Made by a program: the position numbers and the translations under genes. Positions 61,165 through 64,000 of a DNA stretch of 64,000 bases are shown in pieces. The stretch lies in the NCBI GenBank assembly GCA_010405405.1, contig MU004245.1:251256-315255 (forward strand). Direction: 5' to 3'. Within the stretch, counting starts at the first letter, position 1. The number at the start of each line of letters is the position of its first letter. The DNA is from Microthyrium microscopicum (Eukaryota). The notes beneath the pieces were generated by a model. It was not told where the DNA came from. It was given only the letters and a program-made list of their open reading frames with translations, and did no database searches.

Positions 61165-63072
61165 ATGTCGATATCAGACTCACCCAATGATATGGAAAAG
61201 AAAGGCATTGAGCCAGTTGCCAATTTCGCACCATCCATTAGCGATGGCGAAGTTCAGGGTAACAGCAGGTGGACTGAACTCAAAAGCGACCTGCGAGCTA
61301 CCTTTTGCACGAAAGAAGGATGGTTTGGGGATTATGTTTGGCTCCTCATCTCGATTTCAAGCACTTCAACCTAACCTTCTTTAGGATTATCTCTACCTTG
61401 TTACACCAAACATTTGGCCATTGAACCGAAAGTACAAGAACTATGTCGCTCCATTTTATGGCCTATCAGACAAACTGCCAGTTGTTCTGACCATCCTACT
61501 CGGTCTTCAACATGCTCTGACAATGATTGGCTCCATTGTATCGCCTCCTCTGGCCATCGCTGCTGGTGCTTTCAACTTCGACCCCCAAATGACAGAATAT
61601 TTGGTCAGCACTTCCTTCATCACAACCGGCATTGCGACAGCTCTTCAAGTCACCCGGTTACAGATTGCTCAATCACCATTCTTCATCGGTACTGGACTTC
61701 TTTCGGTCGTCGGGCCCACTTTCGATATACTACCTATCTGCTTTAACTACGCCGCTATGCGTTACAAGAACGGTACTTGTCCAGTAGCTTCTGACGGTAC
61801 GCAACTACCATGTCCTGATGCTTGGGGCGCGGTATTGGGAACGATGCTTTGCACTGTTTGGGTCCAAATTCTGATGAGTTTCGTCCCACCCAAGACTTTG
61901 AACAAGATTTTCCCTAAGCTCATCACTGGATCTCTCCTTCTTCTAGTTGGTGTTTATCTTGTTGGCAATGGGATGCAAAACTGGGGCGGTTCCATGAATT
62001 GTCACGGTGGGGAAGGATTTTATGCTCTCTGCCCCAACGTGGCTGCTCCTAAACCTTTGTTGTGGTCAGTCATCTTATCATTTCTTGCTCTCCTGTAACT
62101 GACAATGTCTAGGGCCCATCCAAAGCTTATCGGCCTCGGCTTCAGCGTATTTTCGACTATCATCGTCGTAGAATCATTAGGCAGTCCTTTGATGCGCTCT
62201 GCTTCTGTCATCATAGGCCTGGCAGTCGGATGTATCATCTCGGCTTGTACTGGCTATTGGTCGATGACCGAGATCAAGGCTGCTCCAGTCGCAACATTTC
62301 CATGGGTTCACACCTTCAAACTCTCTGTTGATGGAGCGCTAGTTCTTCCGCTCATAATCATGTTCGCATGTCAAGCAGTGAGCTGCATGCCAGATATTCT
62401 AGCCACTGCCGAGATCTCAGGGGTAGAGATTGAGGGTTCCTCTTTCAACAGCAGAGTGCAAGGAGGAATCCTATGTGACGGCCTGGGTTCGTTCCTTTCT
62501 GCTCTTGCAACCGGTCCTCCAATGGTCAGTCAGGCAGGAAACAACGGAACTATCGTTTTGACAAGCTGTGCGGTAAGTGATCAGTTCTGATTATCCGAAG
62601 CAAGTGACTGATATCCTTTCAGAGTCGTCGCGCTGGCTGGGCCGCTTCCGCTATTCTCATTCTCATGGGATTATTTGGAAAATTTGGCGCTGTGTTCGCC
62701 TCTATGCCACCAAGTGTGCTGGGTGGAATGCAGGTCTTCCTATACAGCACCATTGCCGTTGCCGGAGTACGTGTTCTTGGCCTGATTGATTGGACACGAC
62801 GAGACAGATTTATTCTCACCGCTGCTCTGGGAATTGGTTTCATCGACATTGTCCAGCCTACTTGGTTCTCTCAAATCTTGGCATATTCTGGAGACAATGT
62901 TCACCTTGCGGGCCTCGAACAGGGCCTCAATCTCATCGTGGAAACTCCTTTTGTTGTTGCAGCATTTGTCGGTGTATTTCTGAACCTCGTTCTCTCGAAG
63001 GACAAGAGCGCCATGGATTCAAGATACGGAGACGAACACAAACATCCAGTGATAGGATCTGTATCTGAATAG
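61165..63072 (+). CDS. NCS2/NAT nucleobase:H+ symporter (UapA/UapC-like) with atypical signature; three introns
   Basis: WFGDY|DYLYL, LGLQHALTM (TM1 QH), GTGLLSVVG, RVQGGILCDG, signature AGNNGTIVLTSCA|SRRAG, PPSVLGGM and RRDRFILTAALG. Confidence 0.93.
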
Positions 63073-63200
63073 ATCTCCTTTTGTAGCCGTCTCATTTTCA
63101 ATACAAGATTTAGAAGAGAATGCTCAATCTCTTCATGTTGATAATGTCATAAAGTAATGTTTCACGTTCCAATGCATTCAGCCCGTAGCTGCCCTTACTT

Positions 63201-64000
63201 CTAGTTATATCGGACCTCACCTGCTCCTTCTCTGAACCAGTCGTCGTTTTGAAGACTTTCTTCAGTTGTCGCAAAGTTAATTATGGTACTTTTCATCCTC
63301 GTATACGTGTGGTAGGCGTCTGAGTTCGGTTAGCTCTTTGGGATTCGCAGTGATCGAATAATTTACCAATCCCGTTTTCACTGCCAACACCAGAACTGCC
63401 CATCCCGCCCCATGGACTCGAAGGATCATTACGGTGGTGGGTATTGACTGTACGCTTAAATAAGAACATTTCGGTGGCTGCATTTATTACTCACCCCATG
63501 TGATACCAGCATCAATCTGAGCTGCTATTCTGTACGCTTGAGATAGATCGGTTGTCCATAACGCGGCACCGAGTCCAAACTCGCTATCATTTGCGAGATT
63601 TACTGCCTCGTCCTCATCATCAAATCCAACGACAACAATCACGGGTCCAAAGGCTTCTTCTTTCCATATCCGTGTGTCCTTAATCTTTGCTTCTGGGCCA
63701 TCAATTAAGACAGTTGGTGGATAGTAATATCCTCTTTCGAAGTCGATGTCGTCAAGCTTTGATGTTCCGCTCAATCTTTGGCCTCCACAAAGCAGACGAG
63801 CCCCCTGATTTAAAGAACTATCAACTATGTCGATCACATTATTCAGTTGTCGTAACGAAACTATTGGGCCCATTAAGCAGCTATTGTTGGCAGGCGATCC
63901 CATACGATTTCGTATCAAATCGCACTTTGCTTCTAGCTTAGCAAGGATATCGGCTTTGATCGAGTTTTGAACCAGAATTCGTGTGGCTGCTATGCACGTC
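63201..64000 (-). CDS. Aldehyde dehydrogenase, 3' part only (5' end beyond window); two introns in the 3' end
   Basis: Catalytic Cys at the window edge (TCIAATRILV), GYYYPPTV, EEAFGPV, LANDSEFGLGAALWT, DPSSPWGG; ends ...GEVRYN*. Confidence 0.93.

Overview
Eukaryotic, intron-containing DNA from a filamentous ascomycete (Pezizomycotina-type ~50-nt GT-AG introns with CTAAC/CTGAC branch points). About 24 protein-coding genes are supported. Core genes: TMA16, Slm1-like, HAUS1-like, Atg28-like, SPT5, PUS4, CAND1, DCN1, RPL22. Accessory genes: a HeLo-like/ankyrin protein, a Zn2Cys6 TF next to a secreted hydrolase, a Pth11-like receptor, an SGNH hydrolase and an aspartic-protease-like membrane protein. 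Three things stand out. (1) At 54.3-64 kb is a compact putative catabolic cluster, open at the right edge: Zn2Cys6 TF, 2OG-Fe(II) dioxygenase, amidohydrolase/deaminase, NCS2 nucleobase permease and aldehyde dehydrogenase. Both of its divergent promoters carry the palindrome TCGGAG(C/T)TCCGA, and the permease has altered substrate-binding residues, pointing to a non-standard nucleobase-like substrate. (2) A ~200-bp hairpin/MITE-like family is present in 3-4 dispersed copies, two of them inside enlarged introns. (3) A five-unit ~340-bp tandem array at 51.2-52.9 kb has units that each read like TATA + CT-rich leader + short ORF. No tRNA, rRNA or CRISPR was recognised. All family calls come from motif recognition by eye, not database searches.
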